Positions 62,118 through 64,000 of a stretch of 64,000 nucleotides of DNA are shown piece by piece. A model generated the notes under the pieces. That model saw only the letters and a list, made by a program, of their open reading frames with translations, did no database searches and was not told the origin of the DNA. The stretch spans positions 1 through 64,000 of the forward strand of contig JAPETS010000072.1 in the NCBI GenBank assembly GCA_026023565.1, read 5' to 3'. The position numbers and the translations under genes were made by a program. How positions within the stretch are numbered: position 1 is the first letter of the stretch; every line of letters begins with the position of its first letter. Source of the stretch: Cirrosporium novae-zelandiae (Eukaryota).

Positions 62118-64000
62118 ATGGCTTCCATTGACCTCCGTAAATTTTTACAGCGCGATGCACAGCAGTTCCTGTCAGACGGTGCTATGGCAACGCAGTGGTT
62201 ACTTCGTGTGCACAGCTTCCTTAAGCCTATCGTGGATCAATACCCAATCGACAAACAGAACACCGCTCCAAAGATTCTTTCACGTTTCATGGATTCTTTG
62301 ACCAATTCTAGTCCTGGAAAATATACCAAGGCACGGAGAATTTTGGAAGAAACAAAATTCAATAACCTTGATGAAAGGTTGACATGCATCATCAGCAACC
62401 TGAAACTAGATCTACGTGCCTTTTTTATATCAGAATCAATGTTGGAACCTCCAGATCTTGGATCAACACCTGTTGGCGAGATTGGTTTGTTATACCTCCT
62501 CAAACGCCTGCATCAATTGGATACTATGGAAAATACTAGTGCTCTAATGATGTGTATCCGTAAAAGATTTTTTCTAGTCGGCTTTTATCTGCAAGCCAAG
62601 GATGCTCACTATGACAACAACCGAATTAAAAGAATTCACCAAGAGTATGGTAGTGATGCAGGCGATGAGGATCGTTTCCGAGAGCAATTTTGGCACCATT
62701 ACACATTAGGCAGAATGTACTGTGAATGGGCAGAATTAGCAGGTGGAAACGGGTCACTGTTTCTTTTTCCAAACGTATCTGAATCGAGGTGAGTTATTTG
62801 ACTCGAAATTTCGGCCCTGTACTAATTTCCTTAGTTATCGATATATCATTAAAGAAGAGCGACAGCGGATAGTGGAGAATTTCCGTGAACATGGCTTATC
62901 GGAAGCTATTGATAAATATGAACTCAACAACCTGGCAGATCGGTTAGTAGATGTTTTGGGAAGTAAGAACACGCCCCATATACCAACTATCACATTCACC
63001 GAACCGAATATTTCGGTGAACAGATCAAAAAGGAGATATCAAAAGAATGCTATAAAAAAGAGAAATGATGGACCTAGCCGAAAGGCGGCCTTTGGTGTTC
63101 ATCAGTCCACCCTTCAACATCAGCTTCTTCCTATGGACAATAATCTGCCCGAGCAACTAACGTCGGAAAATGAGTCTACGCTTCCACCGAACGTAATCGA
63201 TAGGAATCCTGGATCTCACAGCGTTGAAGACGCTAATACATCTACTATCAGACCAGATATTCAACTACCTATAGTAGAACATGTGACTGAGGTACTACAA
63301 GATGAACAGGCCACGCGGATGCATTATCCGATGCGTCAGAATCTAGCTAGTTGCTCAGCAGAATTTGTGGAGAATGAATCTCAACGTAGTCTGGGGCCCA
63401 CAGACGCAACACTCTCTGGTAGTCAGTTTACACAACATGATCTCGATGCCATACCACAAGACCTGGCTGCCTCGTTTTCGAAAGAACCGGTAAACCAAAC
63501 GGAGATGCAACAAGCGTACGAAGACGCAATAATGACTGAGGACAGCCATGATAGTGTAAATACACACAATTATAAGATGAGTTTGGATCAACCCAGTATG
63601 ACTTCAGTGTCCAGACTTTTATAGCATAGCTAATAGCATTTTTAGTTGATAATATTGCTCACAACAATGCTGAATTGGGAGAACAAGAAACTGATAGACT
63701 TGAAACGAGTAAGTAACACCCTATCTTTAACTTAAACATCCCTAATCAATCGCGTCAAGGCATGGTAGATTCTTTAAACGTAACTAGCCAAGACATTGAG
63801 AGGATTAGCGTCCCTCATGGATATACGCCCTTCGAAGGCTTCACGATACCCTTAGAACGCCAAATAAATCATGAACAGATTCAATCACACGTACTGACGA
63901 CTGCCTTAACCCAGCCTCATAACCAGTCCATATATATGCCTGGTTCGCAGGCATATGACCCTAATAATCAGAACGAGGTTTCCCTTTTTATCGCAAACGC
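62118..64000 (+). CDS. Hypothetical protein, multi-exon, runs off the window
   Basis: Exon 62118-62788, intron 62789-62834, further phase-compatible introns near 63596-63646 and 63708-63758. Helical N-terminal part (LGRMYCEWAELAGGNGSLFLFP), basic NLS-like patch, low-complexity C-terminal part. Confidence 0.6.

Overview
Eukaryotic genomic DNA from a filamentous ascomycete (Pezizomycotina-like), judged from short GT-AG introns with CTRAC/CTAAT branch sites, RIP-degraded transposons and microsatellite-rich spacers. 1-7.9 kb is a heavily C>T/G>A mutated repeat block dominated by a near full-length Tad1-like LINE. It is followed by a 100-bp hAT-like MITE and a truncated dispersed 5S rRNA gene. Intact-looking genes are: eIF4B (with a predicted 3-nt microexon), a Tim17-like membrane protein, a MUG113/T5orf172 protein, an alpha/beta hydrolase, an amino-acid permease + HAD hydrolase + FAD oxidoreductase trio (candidate catabolic cluster), a PD-(D/E)xK-like protein, a Sec2-N coiled-coil protein, a heme oxygenase-like protein, a thioesterase, an RluA-family pseudouridine synthase, a FAR-17a/AIG1 protein, a kinase, a 74-aa Cys/His microprotein in a gene desert, and an unannotated 4-exon orphan 7-TM gene head-to-head with an orphan gene that runs off the window. 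Several pseudogenes are also present: ankyrin-vWA, two kinases, a velvet/VelB fragment and a WKHEEPL-repeat family gene. All family calls come from motif recognition by eye; no database searches were run.
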